From Acidobacteriota bacterium (GTDB lineage Bacteria > Acidobacteriota > Terriglobia > Acidiferrales > UBA7541), in contig JAKASX010000002.1 in the NCBI GenBank assembly GCA_021818865.1, forward strand, positions 3,209 through 27,208: a stretch of 24,000 nt of DNA, in the 5' to 3' direction. Under the pieces are notes generated by a model, which was given only the letters and a program-made list of their open reading frames with translations, had not been told where the DNA came from and searched no databases. The translations under genes and the position numbers were made by a program. Positions within the stretch are counted from its first letter, which is position 1. Every line of letters begins with the position of its first letter. Below are positions 1-10,900 of the stretch, one piece after another.

Positions 1-2
1 CT

Positions 3-1469
3 GCGCTTTCGAGCGCGGCCACTTCGATTCGCAGCAAGCTGGGCGAATCGCTCGCCTCGATCCGGAAATTCAATAAGCCGCTCCAGGATGTCACCACGCC
101 CTCACTCGAAGCGCTGCAGGCGTATACTCTCGGCTGGCAGGCGCTCGACCGCGGCAGCTACGCCGCCGCGGTCGCATCTTTCCAACGCGCTGTTTCGCTC
201 GATCCGAATTTCGCCATGGCCTATGCCACGCTGGGCACGGAGTACAGCGACCTTGGCGAAACCGCTCTCGCGGCCGAGAGCGCCACAAAGGCCTACGCTC
301 TACGCGACCGTGTCAGCGAGCGCGAAAAGTTTTACATTTCCTCGCACTACGAGCAGCTGGTAACTGGCGACCTGCTCAAGGCGAATGAGGTCTATGAGCT
401 CTGGGAACGGACGTACCCACGGGATGACGTTCCCCCCACCGATCTGAGCGTAGACGATGGGAGTCTCGGTCGGTACGAGCAGGCGCTAACTGCTGCCCGC
501 CGCGCGCTTGCACTTGACCCCTCCAGTGGGCTGAGTTACGCGACCGTCGCCGGCAATTATCTGGCCCTCGACCGTCTGGACGATGCCGCGGCCATCTTCC
601 AACAGGCCAAAGCTCGCGGGACCGATTCACCGGCCCTGCGCTTCAACCGGTACATGCTCGCATTTCTCCAGGGCGACACCGCGACCATGGCGCGAGAAGC
701 AGGCTGGAGCTCCGGTAAGCTGGGAATCGAAGATTTGCTCCTCTATTTCGAATCCGACACGGCAGCCTATGCGGGCCGGTTGGCCAAGGCGGACGATTTC
801 ACCTCGAAGGCCGTTGCCGATGCCGAACAGGCCGGGGAAAAAGAGACCGCTGCTGTCTACCAGGCCGAAGCAGCGCTGCGCGAAGCCGTCGTCGGCGATG
901 CCGCGCAGGCGCGCCAGCAAGCCGCCGCCGCGCTGAAAATCTCGAATGGGCGCGACACGGAAGCCGCTGTCGCGCTGGCTGTGGCCATTGCCGGCGATGT
1001 CCCCCAAGCACAAAAGCTCGCGGCTGATTTGGCGCAACGTTTTCCTGAAAGTACGGTCGTGCAGTTCAACTATCTGCCCACGATTGACGCCGCGATTGCG
1101 CTCGATCAGAATGCCCCGACGAAGGCCGTCGCCGACCTACAGCCCGCCTTACCGTACGAACTGGGAACTCCGACGCAAATCGCCCTGAACCTCTACCCGA
1201 TTTACGTGCGCGGCATGGCGTATCTGGCCGCGCATCAAGGCGCGCAAGCCGCGGCCGAATTCCAGAAAATCCTGGACCATCCCGGCATCGCCATCAACGA
1301 AGTGATCGGTCCGCTCGCGCATTTGGGTTTGGCCCGCGCGCGTGCGCTTTCCGGCGACAAATCCGGCGCACGCAAGCAGTATCAGGATTTTCTCGCCCTC
1401 TGGCAGCACGCCGATCCCGGCATCCCCGTTCAGCAGCAAGCCAAATCCGAATATGCGAAGTTGCAATAG
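3..1469 (+). CDS. TPR-repeat protein, C-terminal part (5' end outside window)
   Basis: The frame of ORF 216..1469 stays open back to base 3 (ALSSAATSIRSKLGESLASIRKFNKPLQDVTTPSLEALQAYTLGWQALDRGSYAAAVASFQRAVSLDPNFAMAY...), so the gene is truncated by the window edge. It has repeated TPR-like helical units (SLDPNFAMAYATLG, ALALDPSSGLSYATVAGNY, AEFQKILDHPG). No N-terminal domain is visible. Confidence 0.75.
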   Translation, partial: ALSSAATSIRSKLGESLASIRKFNKPLQDVTTPSLEALQAYTLGWQALDRGSYAAAVASFQRAVSLDPNFAMAYATLGTEYSDLGETALAAESATKAYALRDRVSEREKFYISSHYEQLVTGDLLKANEVYELWERTYPRDDVPPTDLSVDDGSLGRYEQALTAARRALALDPSSGLSYATVAGNYLALDRLDDAAAIFQQAKARGTDSPALRFNRYMLAFLQGDTATMAREAGWSSGKLGIEDLLLYFESDTAAYAGRLAKADDFTSKAVADAEQAGEKETAAVYQAEAALREAVVGDAAQARQQAAAALKISNGRDTEAAVALAVAIAGDVPQAQKLAADLAQRFPESTVVQFNYLPTIDAAIALDQNAPTKAVADLQPALPYELGTPTQIALNLYPIYVRGMAYLAAHQGAQAAAEFQKILDHPGIAINEVIGPLAHLGLARARALSGDKSGARKQYQDFLALWQHADPGIPVQQQAKSEYAKLQ

Positions 1470-1709
1470 TTGACTGCTCGGTGAACCGCGCCATATCGAA
1501 CCGCCCCGGTCCTGATCTAGGTTCAAGAGCACCTGTTTGCTGTCGAGGTGTGCCGGAGTGGCTATGAAGATTTCTGCGGAAATTCTTGCCAAAGAGGAAG
1601 CGCAGGTGATAGCCAGCGGCGTGGGGCGCCGGAGACCCGGTCGGCAGCCTTATTTGCGGGCGGTCAGTTTTGTTGTCGGCCAGTCTGGGGTCCGTCATGG
1701 AAGCCCGGC

Positions 1710-2525
1710 CTAATGCGTGGTCTCGTACTCCCTCGTCGAGTTCTTGATCAAGTCGAAAAATTCCTGCAAGGGCATTCCGCGAGGGATTCTCCCGCGGTAC
1801 CATCCGTGGAATCCCCCTACAACCTTCTTGCCCCTCACCTCGATGCTGGCTTCCTCCCAGTAACCCTGCGCCAGCGGAAACACGTATTGCAGGAATAGAA
1901 CGTACTGTCGGCCGGGCCTAGGATATGTTCTCAGTTGCCGCTGGGTGGAAGGGAGCCACCAGTGGATGATTTGCCCGTCGCTTAGTCGAACTGTTCCCCC
2001 AGGGTATAGGACGTCGACGAACTGCCCCGCGCGCAGCCACCCCTTTGGCGCAACTAACACGTGATCGATTTTGTACTCGACCTGCGTGTAGATGCTCCTG
2101 TGCGAAGGGGTGAGAAAAACGGTCCAGTTTGTGAATGTTGCCTCGAGGACGATCTCCGCCGGGTATAGGGGAATTTTGCTTTGGGAGAAAGGGCACGCAG
2201 GCATGCCGCTCCCTATCACGGCGCGCCCTTCGCCCTTTGGCACGTTGTCCAGAGGCCAGGGCGCCCCCCAATTCGCGTCGAACCAGGCCTCCGTAGTCGT
2301 CGCGTTCGCGCCGACTACGGGGGCCTTGGGGGTCTGCCACCAGAAGGTCTTTGCTTGTTTGATTTGAGCAGCGGCCACGGTTGCCCGCGGGTCCGTCGGA
2401 CTCGCCGCCAAGGTGCGGGGCGCCGCGGGAAGACAGAGGGCCGCGAAGGGAATCGCCCACGCGGAAACGCGAACCACCGATCGTCCCCAGTCCAAACGCG
2501 CCGCCATACGCAACCCTCCCTTCAT
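1710..2525 (-). CDS. hypothetical secreted protein
   Basis: 271-aa ORF. The N-terminus looks like a signal peptide (RVSAWAIPFAALCLPAAPRTLAASP). The residue composition is balanced and non-repetitive. I recognise no family motif. Confidence 0.6.
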   Translation of the reverse strand: MKGGLRMAARLDWGRSVVRVSAWAIPFAALCLPAAPRTLAASPTDPRATVAAAQIKQAKTFWWQTPKAPVVGANATTTEAWFDANWGAPWPLDNVPKGEGRAVIGSGMPACPFSQSKIPLYPAEIVLEATFTNWTVFLTPSHRSIYTQVEYKIDHVLVAPKGWLRAGQFVDVLYPGGTVRLSDGQIIHWWLPSTQRQLRTYPRPGRQYVLFLQYVFPLAQGYWEEASIEVRGKKVVGGFHGWYRGRIPRGMPLQEFFDLIKNSTREYETTH

Positions 2526-2990
2526 CCGCCGTCCATTCTACCAGCCCGCCACTGAAGGGCTTTTTCGCAATTGAAGAGAATCGCCGGGAGGCCAGACTCA
2601 CTCCGGAAACGCCTGTTTTTCGTGCGGAAAGGTGCGGGATCGCGTGCGCCGCAGTTTCCAGTATTTGTGGACGCCGATGGTGTGGGGTTTTTCCGCACAT
2701 ATCAGGAAGCCCGTCTGCGTGGGTTCGGTGACCAGCAGATCAGGAGGTAGAAGACAGCGGCGATCTCCTCGACTGTTCGTTTCACAACGCGAGGGAAAAT
2801 TCCAGCGTGGTGGGGCGCGAGGTTCCGGTTGCAACCGGGCGGGCGGAGGGTATATTGCCAATGTGCACGGAACGGACACCCTGATTGACAGTTCGGGTTC
2901 CTGAATTCCTCGTCGGACACACTTGCTGGGCCGTCGTCGAGACCTCAGCGGCTGTTGTCGCCTGTCGAACTCGCAGGAAAGGAGCGACGA

Positions 2991-3302
2991 ATGCACTGGT
3001 ATTTCTACGTTGGTTACTTTTTCGGTGGCGCTTTCCTCGTCAACGCCATTCCGCACTTCGTGAGCGGAGTTTGTGGCCGGCCGTTCCCCAGCCCATTCGC
3101 CTCACCACCAGGCAAGGGATTGTCGTCGCCGATGGTGAACGTGCTGTGGGGAACGCTGAATGCCGTGGTTGGCTATTTCCTTGTCTGCCGCGTTGGACAG
3201 TTCCACCTGCGCAATGTTGTGGATATGCTGGTCTTGGGAGCCGGTGGGCTGGTGATGGCGCTGATGTTGGCTCGGACCTTTGGACGTAACGTAGCCAGTT
3301 GA
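2991..3302 (+). CDS. small integral membrane protein (about 103 aa)
   Basis: The internal ATG at 2991 is preceded by AAGGAG (2978-2983 region). The product MHWYFYVGYFFGGAFLVNAIPHF...VVGYFLVCRVG...LVLGAGGLVMALMLA has three hydrophobic spans. The upstream part of ORF 2955.. lacks an SD. Confidence 0.6.
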   Translation: MHWYFYVGYFFGGAFLVNAIPHFVSGVCGRPFPSPFASPPGKGLSSPMVNVLWGTLNAVVGYFLVCRVGQFHLRNVVDMLVLGAGGLVMALMLARTFGRNVAS

Positions 3303-3443
3303 GAAGGTGACGGACGCGGGCACCTTTCACGCGACGTTCCGCAACCGTAACGCTTTGACGCTCTTCTGGCTCGTTTCGGAGAGGCAACCCCTGGTTCCGA
3401 AACAGGTTCTCACGGGCACAAGAGCTTCGGAGGCCAAAGGGAA

Positions 3444-4406
3444 ATGCGGCCAGTGGCTAGAGGAGAACGGGGAAACAGGAAGCGATGCGGCGGGGTGGCG
3501 GCACTTGTGCTGCTGATGGCGCTCCTGTCGCCTTTGTCGTTGCTGGCGCAGGGACGGCCAGGGCCGATAACGCCGCCGCCGGGCCCTCTGCCTGAGATTG
3601 TGCCACTTCCCTCGAATCAGCCGGCGCAGCCTCCGCCAGCACCCAAGGCACACAAAGCCGCTCACGTTTCCTTTCCCGCATACCCCATCATCCACGAGCC
3701 ACCTTCGATTCCAGTGGACCAGGTGATTCAGGGATTCGCCGCGCACGAGTCCGAGTTCAAATACGCGCTCGATGGGTATACGTACTACAAGACCGTGATC
3801 GTGCAGACCATCGATTCCGATGGGCAGGTGGATGGCGAATACAGGATGACGACCGACGTCAGCTACACGCCTTCGGGCCGGCGCTACGTGCAAGTCACAG
3901 ATGCGCCCGTTCCCACACTCAAGCGGATCACCTTGACCGAACAGGATATCGAGGACTTCCGGCATATCCAGCCGTTCGTTCTGACTACCTCACAACTGCC
4001 GAAATACAACGTTACGTACGTGGGCCGGCAGAAAGTGGATTACCTGCATACCTACGTTTTCGACGTGGCGCCAAAGAAAATCCAGAAGCACCAGAGGTAC
4101 TTCAAGGGGCGCATCTGGGTGGATATACACGACATGGCCATCGTCAAGACGGATGGGAAAGCGGTTCCGAACATCATCACGGCCAATAACGAAAATTTGT
4201 TTCCCCGCTTCACGACGTATCGCGAGAATATCCGGGGCCAATACTGGTTTCCCGTCTACACGTACGCTGACGATATTTTGCATTTCGGCATCGCCGGCGG
4301 GGGCGACGTGCACATGCGCATGATGATTCGGTGGACGCGGTACAAGCGGTTCCGGGTATCGGTGAAGTTCGTGGGACCGGCCAAAGCGGCCAAGCCACAC
4401 CAGTAA
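3444..4406 (+). CDS. secreted conserved hypothetical protein, tentatively LolA-like / outer-membrane lipoprotein-sorting fold
   Basis: 320-aa ORF with a GGAGG about 10 nt upstream. It has a signal peptide (VAALVLLMALLSPLSLLAQG) followed by a Pro-rich linker. The C-terminal body (YFKGRIWVDIHDMAIVKTDGKAV...YWFPVYTYADDIL) resembles LolA-like domain proteins from memory only. Confidence 0.6.
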   Translation: MRPVARGERGNRKRCGGVAALVLLMALLSPLSLLAQGRPGPITPPPGPLPEIVPLPSNQPAQPPPAPKAHKAAHVSFPAYPIIHEPPSIPVDQVIQGFAAHESEFKYALDGYTYYKTVIVQTIDSDGQVDGEYRMTTDVSYTPSGRRYVQVTDAPVPTLKRITLTEQDIEDFRHIQPFVLTTSQLPKYNVTYVGRQKVDYLHTYVFDVAPKKIQKHQRYFKGRIWVDIHDMAIVKTDGKAVPNIITANNENLFPRFTTYRENIRGQYWFPVYTYADDILHFGIAGGGDVHMRMMIRWTRYKRFRVSVKFVGPAKAAKPHQ

Positions 4407-4651
4407 AGCCGCCTGGGAGCAGCCGCGTTCTTGCGGAACGGCCGGCTCCCGTGGGGACGCAAAACCGCACAACGTCCGCACTTGCGTGGGTGGCGCACGC
4501 AGCTCCCGGCCTCTTCGAGTCAGTGAGCCATTCCGCGGAAGCTCCGCGCGCCAAAAACCAGGCCGGGCGTTGCATATGGGAACCGCCGGGAGTATGTTGC
4601 CGGCCGGGTGTGAGTTCATAATGAAAAATCCCAGCTGAGGACGGGCTGGCT

Positions 4652-5368
4652 ATGCACCCTTCGTCGTGCAACGGGTCTTCTGGTCCAATTTCGTGGGTCG
4701 AAACCAATCTCGGGGCGCGCGGAGCGGGTTCGCGATGGATTTCGCTGGCTGAAGCCATCCTTGGCAGCGTGGTCGTCCTTGGCGATAACGTCTGGCACGT
4801 ATTGCCCAATTCAGTTTTTCTTCTTTTCCTGATGGCGTTGATTTCCTTCCGATTGCGGGAAGGCAATTGGAGCGCGATCGGTTTAAGGCTGCCAAAAACC
4901 TGGACGCGAATCGTTTTGATAGCGATTGCGGCGGCAGTGGTGCAGCAGGCACTGGGCCAATTTGTTGTTGATCCGCTGACGAGGCCTTATTGGCACTACG
5001 CCGCGGGAGCAAATCCCATGGAGGGTGTACACGGATATGCGGGATTGCTGCGCTGGCTCGGCGTCATTTGGACCTATGCCGCTTTTGGAGAGGAACTCGT
5101 CTATCGCCGGTATTTGCTGAATCGCGTCGCTGATCTCGGAGGCCATTCCCGCTCCGCGCTCCTGCTGGGCCTGCTGTGGTCGAGCGCTTTGTTTGGCTGT
5201 GCGCATTGGTATCAAGGGCCGGCTGGCGTCATTTCCGCCATGGTCAGCGGACTTGTTTACGGAGCCGCGTATGTATTGACTGGAAAGAATCTTTGGGTAT
5301 CCGTGTGCGCGCACGGTATCAGCGACTCGCTCGCGCTGTTCGTCACCTATTTTGGATTTGCCGGCTAG
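4652..5368 (+). CDS. CPBP family (CAAX/Abi-type) intramembrane glutamic endopeptidase
   Basis: The protein is multi-pass hydrophobic and carries the CPBP signature motifs. These are EExxxR (FGEELVYRRYLLNR), the FxxxH motif (LFGCAHWYQG) and the distal HxxxD/N motif (CAHGISDSL). Confidence 0.8.
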   Translation: MHPSSCNGSSGPISWVETNLGARGAGSRWISLAEAILGSVVVLGDNVWHVLPNSVFLLFLMALISFRLREGNWSAIGLRLPKTWTRIVLIAIAAAVVQQALGQFVVDPLTRPYWHYAAGANPMEGVHGYAGLLRWLGVIWTYAAFGEELVYRRYLLNRVADLGGHSRSALLLGLLWSSALFGCAHWYQGPAGVISAMVSGLVYGAAYVLTGKNLWVSVCAHGISDSLALFVTYFGFAG

Positions 5369-5575
5369 ATCCTTTTAACGGCATTACACAATGCGTGGGA
5401 GCGCTTGGGCACACACTTGGCGTTTCAGGGAGAGGGTCGGAGGTGATCGGGATTCCAAAACGATAATTTCTTCCGGCAAGGTTCGGCCCGCAGTTGAAAA
5501 GCCGTGTGGACCCTGTCGCCGATATGGCAGAATCACAGCGGCGAAGAAGTGAAGGGCCAGAGGAGAACGAAAGCG

Positions 5576-7750
5576 ATGAGTCGCACGCGAAAGATTGGGC
5601 GAAATCTGGCCTTGCTCGCCTGCCTCGCCGCGGTGGGGCTGGTTTTTGGCACAACGCGGCACGGGCGGTTCTCCGGCTTCACGCGGAAATCTTCCGCGAA
5701 CGAGCAAGCCTACGAACGGCAGATGCGCGCCCTGGCGTCGCCGGCGCGGATTCGCGCGTTTCATCGCTACCTGACCGCCGAGCCGCACATTGCGGGCTCG
5801 AAACGCAACGACGAACTCGCCCGCTGGGTGGCCGAACAGTGGAAGCGGCAGGGCATTGAGGACGTGACGATTCACGAATACGACGTGCTCGATTCCAAGC
5901 CGCGCGAAATTTCCGTGGAACTTGTCAGCCCGGTCCGGTATCGGGCGCGCCTGCGCGAAGACGTCTACGCGCAGGACCCTGACACGAACAATCCGAAAAT
6001 CACCGGCGCGTTTTTCGGCTATTCCGCCTCGGGCGACGTCACCGCGCCCGTCGTCTATGCGAACTTTGGCAATCCGGAGGATTACGCATACCTAAAGTCT
6101 CGCGGCATTGACGTGCGCGGAAAAATCGTGCTGGTCCGTTATTCCGGGCCGTACGGTCAGCGCGGCTACAGTTATCGCGGTTACAAAGCCTATACCGCGC
6201 AGAAGCTCGGCGCGGCGGCAATTTTGATTTACTCGGATCCCGCGCAGGACGGCTTCGCGAAGGGCAAAGTGTTTCCCAACGGCCCATGGGGCCCGGCGAG
6301 CAATATCCAGCGTGGCTCCATCACGTATGACTTCATCGAGCCCGGCGATCCGACGACGCCGGGATGGGCCTCGGTGCCCGGCGCGAAACATATCTCGCCG
6401 AACGATTCACGCTCGATGCCGAAAATTATCGGCGTGCCGCTCTCGTGGCACGATGCCGAACCGATTTTAAGGAACATCGGCGGCCCCGCCACGCCGAAAT
6501 TCTGGCAAGGCGCACTGTCCATCCCTTATCGCCTGGGCGGCCAGGCGCGGGTACACGTCCACGTGGAGATGGACAACCGCATCAGGCCGTATTACGACGT
6601 CGTTGGACGCATCACCGGCTCCGAGCATCCGAACCAGTGGATTCTCCTCGGCAACCATCGCGACGCCTGGGTTTTCGGCGGCGTGGACCCATCGAGCGGC
6701 ACTGCATCCATGCTCGAATTGACGCGCGATTTGGGCCGTTTGCTCAAAAAAGGGATGCGGCCGAAGCGCACTCTCGTATTCGGAGATTGGGATGGCGAAG
6801 AGTATGCACTTACCGGGTCGACCGAATGGGGCGAGCAGTATGCGAACGAACTCAGGAAGAACGGCGTCGCGTACCTGAATGTGGATTATGCGGCGTCCGG
6901 TCCGAATTTCCACGGCGACGCCGTCCCCTCGCTCGCGCCGTTGCTCGTGGAAGTGAGCCGCGCGGTTCGCGCTCCATCGGGCGGCACGCTGTATGACGAA
7001 TGGCGCGCCTCGCGCGAGAAGGAGATGGGCAAAACCGACATTCCGGACGACGAACTCGTGGATACGCGCATCGGCAGCGGCTCTGACCACACGGTCTTCC
7101 TGAATCATCTCGGAATTCCCGCTGTCCTGCTGGAATTCGACGGGTCCTACGGCGTCTATCATTCCGCCTATGATGATTTTTACTGGATCAATCACTTCGG
7201 AGATCCCGGCTACCGGCACGTGACGCTGATGACGAAACTCTGGGGCACCATGGCGCTGCGGCTCGCGAATAGCGACATCCTGCCATACGATTTTGCGTTC
7301 TACGCGCGGCAGATTCGCCTCTACGTCCATGAACTCGACGCGCGCAGCCACGTGCAGCGGCACGTGGACCTGGCTCCGCTGGAGAAACGCATCAGTGAGT
7401 TTGAAACAGCGGCGAAAAATCTGAATGAGACGACTTCCGCGGCGCTCACGTCCGGGGAAGTGAGTGCGTCTGCCGCGGAAAATCTGAATCGCGCGCTGAT
7501 GCGAGTGGAACGCAACTGGTGCGACCCGAAGGGCATTCCCGGACGCCCGTGGTTCAAGCACACGATCTACGCCTCGCGCTACACCTACGCGCATTTGGAG
7601 CTGCCGGGCATGACCGAAGCGGCGGAGGCGGGGCATTGGGACGTTGTGGCGCAGCAGGAAAAAATTCTCGAACGCGAACTTGAGGCCAACACGGAGCTTC
7701 TGAGTGAAGCACGAGCCGGATTCGCCGCTGCAAATCGCGCGAAGAATTGA
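5576..7750 (+). CDS. M28-family metallopeptidase with PA domain and transferrin-receptor-like dimerisation domain (glutamate carboxypeptidase II / NAALADase-like)
   Basis: The ATG at 5576 is preceded by AGGAGA (5561-5566) and followed by a signal/anchor (IGRNLALLACLAAVGLVFG). Motifs match GCPII-type enzymes: GNHRDAWVFGGVDPSSGTASMLELTR, FGDWDGEEYALTGSTEWGE, GSGSDHTVFLNHLGIP and YHSAYDDFYW. The 5504 start offered by the ORF track lacks an SD. Confidence 0.9.
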   Translation: MSRTRKIGRNLALLACLAAVGLVFGTTRHGRFSGFTRKSSANEQAYERQMRALASPARIRAFHRYLTAEPHIAGSKRNDELARWVAEQWKRQGIEDVTIHEYDVLDSKPREISVELVSPVRYRARLREDVYAQDPDTNNPKITGAFFGYSASGDVTAPVVYANFGNPEDYAYLKSRGIDVRGKIVLVRYSGPYGQRGYSYRGYKAYTAQKLGAAAILIYSDPAQDGFAKGKVFPNGPWGPASNIQRGSITYDFIEPGDPTTPGWASVPGAKHISPNDSRSMPKIIGVPLSWHDAEPILRNIGGPATPKFWQGALSIPYRLGGQARVHVHVEMDNRIRPYYDVVGRITGSEHPNQWILLGNHRDAWVFGGVDPSSGTASMLELTRDLGRLLKKGMRPKRTLVFGDWDGEEYALTGSTEWGEQYANELRKNGVAYLNVDYAASGPNFHGDAVPSLAPLLVEVSRAVRAPSGGTLYDEWRASREKEMGKTDIPDDELVDTRIGSGSDHTVFLNHLGIPAVLLEFDGSYGVYHSAYDDFYWINHFGDPGYRHVTLMTKLWGTMALRLANSDILPYDFAFYARQIRLYVHELDARSHVQRHVDLAPLEKRISEFETAAKNLNETTSAALTSGEVSASAAENLNRALMRVERNWCDPKGIPGRPWFKHTIYASRYTYAHLELPGMTEAAEAGHWDVVAQQEKILERELEANTELLSEARAGFAAANRAKN

Positions 7751-7968
7751 CCGCGACCCGGCGGGAGCCGGCAGCGGGCGGGCTAGCGTGTCTCTGTTGC
7801 CCTCTCGTGCTTGCTGACCTTCGCCCACCGCGCACGCTGTGCCACAGCGATCTTCCGCGGCGCACTCGCCACGCCGCTCCAGTGTGTGTATGCTGTGCGT
7901 GTGGAAAGGCAGCTGAAACGTGGCTTCCCGTTGTACGGTCGATTTTCCGCAATTTTTTAGGAGGCATA

Positions 7969-10900
7969 ATGGTCCGTCGTTATCTATGGGTGTTGGGCAT
8001 GGGACTGGGGGCGATGCTGGCGGTTTGCATGCCGATGGCGGGGCAGCAGGTGAGCCCGAAGCTCTATGCCGGCATGCGCTGGCGCATGGCCGGACCCTTC
8101 CGCGCTGGCCGCACGGTCGCGGTGACCGGCAGCACGCAGCACCCTGACACCTACTACATGGGCGCGGCGGATGGCGGCGTGTGGAAGTCGAACAACGACG
8201 GGACTACGTGGGAGCCAATTTTCGACCACGAACCGGTGGCGTCAATTGGCGCGATCGCAGAAGCGCCCTCGAACCCCAATATCATTTACGTGGGCACCGG
8301 CGAAAACGATCCGCGCTCGCAGTTCTCGTTGGGCGACGGGATGTTCAAGTCGACCGATGGCGGCAAGACCTGGGCGCGCATCGGCCTGGAAAAGACGCGC
8401 CAGATTGGCCGGATTATCGTGGACCCGCATGATCCGAACCGGGTGTTCGTCGCGGCACTCGGCAACATCTATGCGGCCACGCCGCAGCGTGGGGTCTACT
8501 TGACAACAGACGGCGGTGCGACATGGAAGAAGGTATTGTTCCTCAACGACAATACGGGCGCGATCGACCTTTCGTTTGACCCGGACAACTCGCAGGTGAT
8601 TTATGCGGCGATGTGGGCGACGCGGCGTCCGCCATGGACGGTCTATCCGTCGTCGAATGAGCCGGGCAGCGGGCTGTATAAATCGAGCGACGGCGGCAAA
8701 ACCTGGGCGCACCTGACGAACGGGCTGCCAGCCCATCCCGGACGCATCGGGGTTGCAGTGGCGCCGAGCGACCCGAACCGCGTTTACGCGATGGTGGACG
8801 CGAGCGCGAAAAAAGGCGGACTGTACCGCTCGGATGACGCCGGCGCGACCTGGAAATTGATGGACACCGACAACCGGATTTGGAATCGCGGCTGGTATTT
8901 CGAATCGATCACGGTGGATCCGAAAAATGAAAACACGCTGTACGCGATGAATACGACGGTGTACAAATCGACCGACGGCGGGGCCAATTTCTTTGCCTTC
9001 CGGGGCGCTCCGGGCGGGGATGATTATCACCAATTGTGGATCAACCCAAACGACCCCAGCCATATGATTCTGGCGAGCGACCAAGGCACAATCGTGACCG
9101 TCAATGGCGGCAAGAACTGGAGCTCGTGGGACAACCAGCCGACGGCGCAACTGTACGACGTGACCACCGACAACCGCTCGCCCTACTGGATCTACGGCGC
9201 GCAGCAGGACAGCAATAACCTTGGTGGCTCGGCGGCGAGTGCGGGGCCGCACGGCCGCCGCGCCACCTTCGGCACCGGATGGCAGACGGCGTGCGTTGGG
9301 GGAGAAAGCGGCGACGTAGCGGAAAATCCGCTGGCGAAGGATGAGATATTCGGGGGCAATACCGTGGCCAAGTGTATTCCGTCCACCGGCGTGCGGCACA
9401 ATATCTCGCCACTGGTGGCCTATCCCGGGCAACACTTCCGGGAGACCTGGACGCTGCCGGTGGCGTTCTCGATGGCGGACAAGCACGAGTTCTTCTTCGC
9501 CAACCAGTTCTTGTTCCAGACGGATGATGGCGGGAATTCATGGCGCAAGATCAGCCCCGATCTCACGCGGCAGGATCCGGGCATTCCGCCGAATCTCGAT
9601 CCCACGACGGCGAAAGATACGACTTATCCCGAGCGGACGTACGGGCCGCGATGGGGCGTGATCTATACGATTGCACCGTCGCCGCTTCTGCCGCACGAGA
9701 TTTGGGTGGGCACTGACGATGGCTACATTCAGGTGACGCGCAACGACGGCCAGACGTGGCACAACGTGACGCCGCCGGAGCTGACTCCGTGGAGCAAAGT
9801 CATCCAGATGGCGGCCTCGCACTACAACCCGCAGGAGGCGTTCGCGGCGGTGGACCGGCATCGGCTGAATGACGACCATCCGTACATTTACCGCACGACC
9901 GATGGCGGGAAGACGTGGACGAAAATCGTCAACGGCATCCCCTCGGATGAATACCTGGAGTCCATTACGGAAGATCCGGTGCGTAAGGGACTGCTGTTCT
10001 GCGGCACGAACATGGGCGTTTATGTTTCCTTCGATAACGGCAACCAGTGGCAGTCGTTGCGGCTGAACATGCCGCCCGTCGAAATTCGAGGGTTTGCGTT
10101 CCATGGCAAATCGCTGGTGATCGCCACGTTCGGCCGGTCGTTCTGGGTGATCGACGACATGAGCCCGCTGCGGCAGGCGAAGGCGGCGATGAATGACGCC
10201 GCAGCCGTGCTTTACAAGCCGGAGCCGGCCTATCTGCATGCGGGCAGCGCGCGAGTCTATGGCGGAAACGACCCGGCGAAGGAAGCGGCCGATCTGGATC
10301 CGATGCTCGTGATTTCGGCGGATGCACCGCCTTCGGGCGCGGTGATTTATTACTATTTGCGCGCCGACAGCGGGCCGGTTTCGCTCGACATTCTCAACAG
10401 CGAGGGACAGGTGGTGCGGCATTACAGCAGCACGCAGCGCGTATTCCATCCGAACCCGAACACCATGACGATTGCCGCGGTTTTCTTTCGTCCACCCGCG
10501 ATTTTGAGCGCAGCGGCGGGCATGCATGAGTGGACGTGGGATCTGCGCGACGTGAAGCCGAGCGCAAACACGGGCCGCGGCGGCTTTTTTGCCTTCTTCC
10601 GTGGTCGTGCGGGCTATCCGGCGGCGCCGGGAACGTACACCGTGCGCTTGACGGCCGATGGCCATCAATACACCCAGCCGCTGGTGGTGAAGCTCTCTCC
10701 GGGGATGACCTACTCGGCACAGGCGATCGAGGAGCAACAACAACTTGCGGGCGAGATTCAGGGGCTGCAGGGGCAGGTTTCGCGGGCGCGGCGCGAAGCG
10801 GAGCAATTGCGCGCGAAGCTGGTGAAACTCGAATCGAGCGCCAGTGGTCATCCGTCACTGGCTGCTTCGATTTCCGCGGTGAGCGGCAAGGTGCACGCGG

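Noticed and set aside
6467-7828. Long antisense ORFs opposite the real genes: 6467..7828 (453 aa), 8242..9486 (414 aa), 9538..10851 (437 aa), 18933..19931 (332 aa) and 21298..22920 (540 aa).
   Set aside because: All lie opposite ORFs with clear family motifs or better composition. Their products are Arg/Pro/Gly/His-rich and low in complexity, which is typical of shadow ORFs in high-GC DNA.
7747-7968. N-terminal extensions offered by the ORF track: 7747 for the BNR protein, 5504 for the peptidase, and 14696-15085 for the minus-strand regulator.
   Set aside because: Downstream in-frame ATGs have good SD sequences and are immediately followed by signal peptides or conserved N-termini. The extensions are Cys/Arg-rich or overlap neighbouring genes and hairpins.
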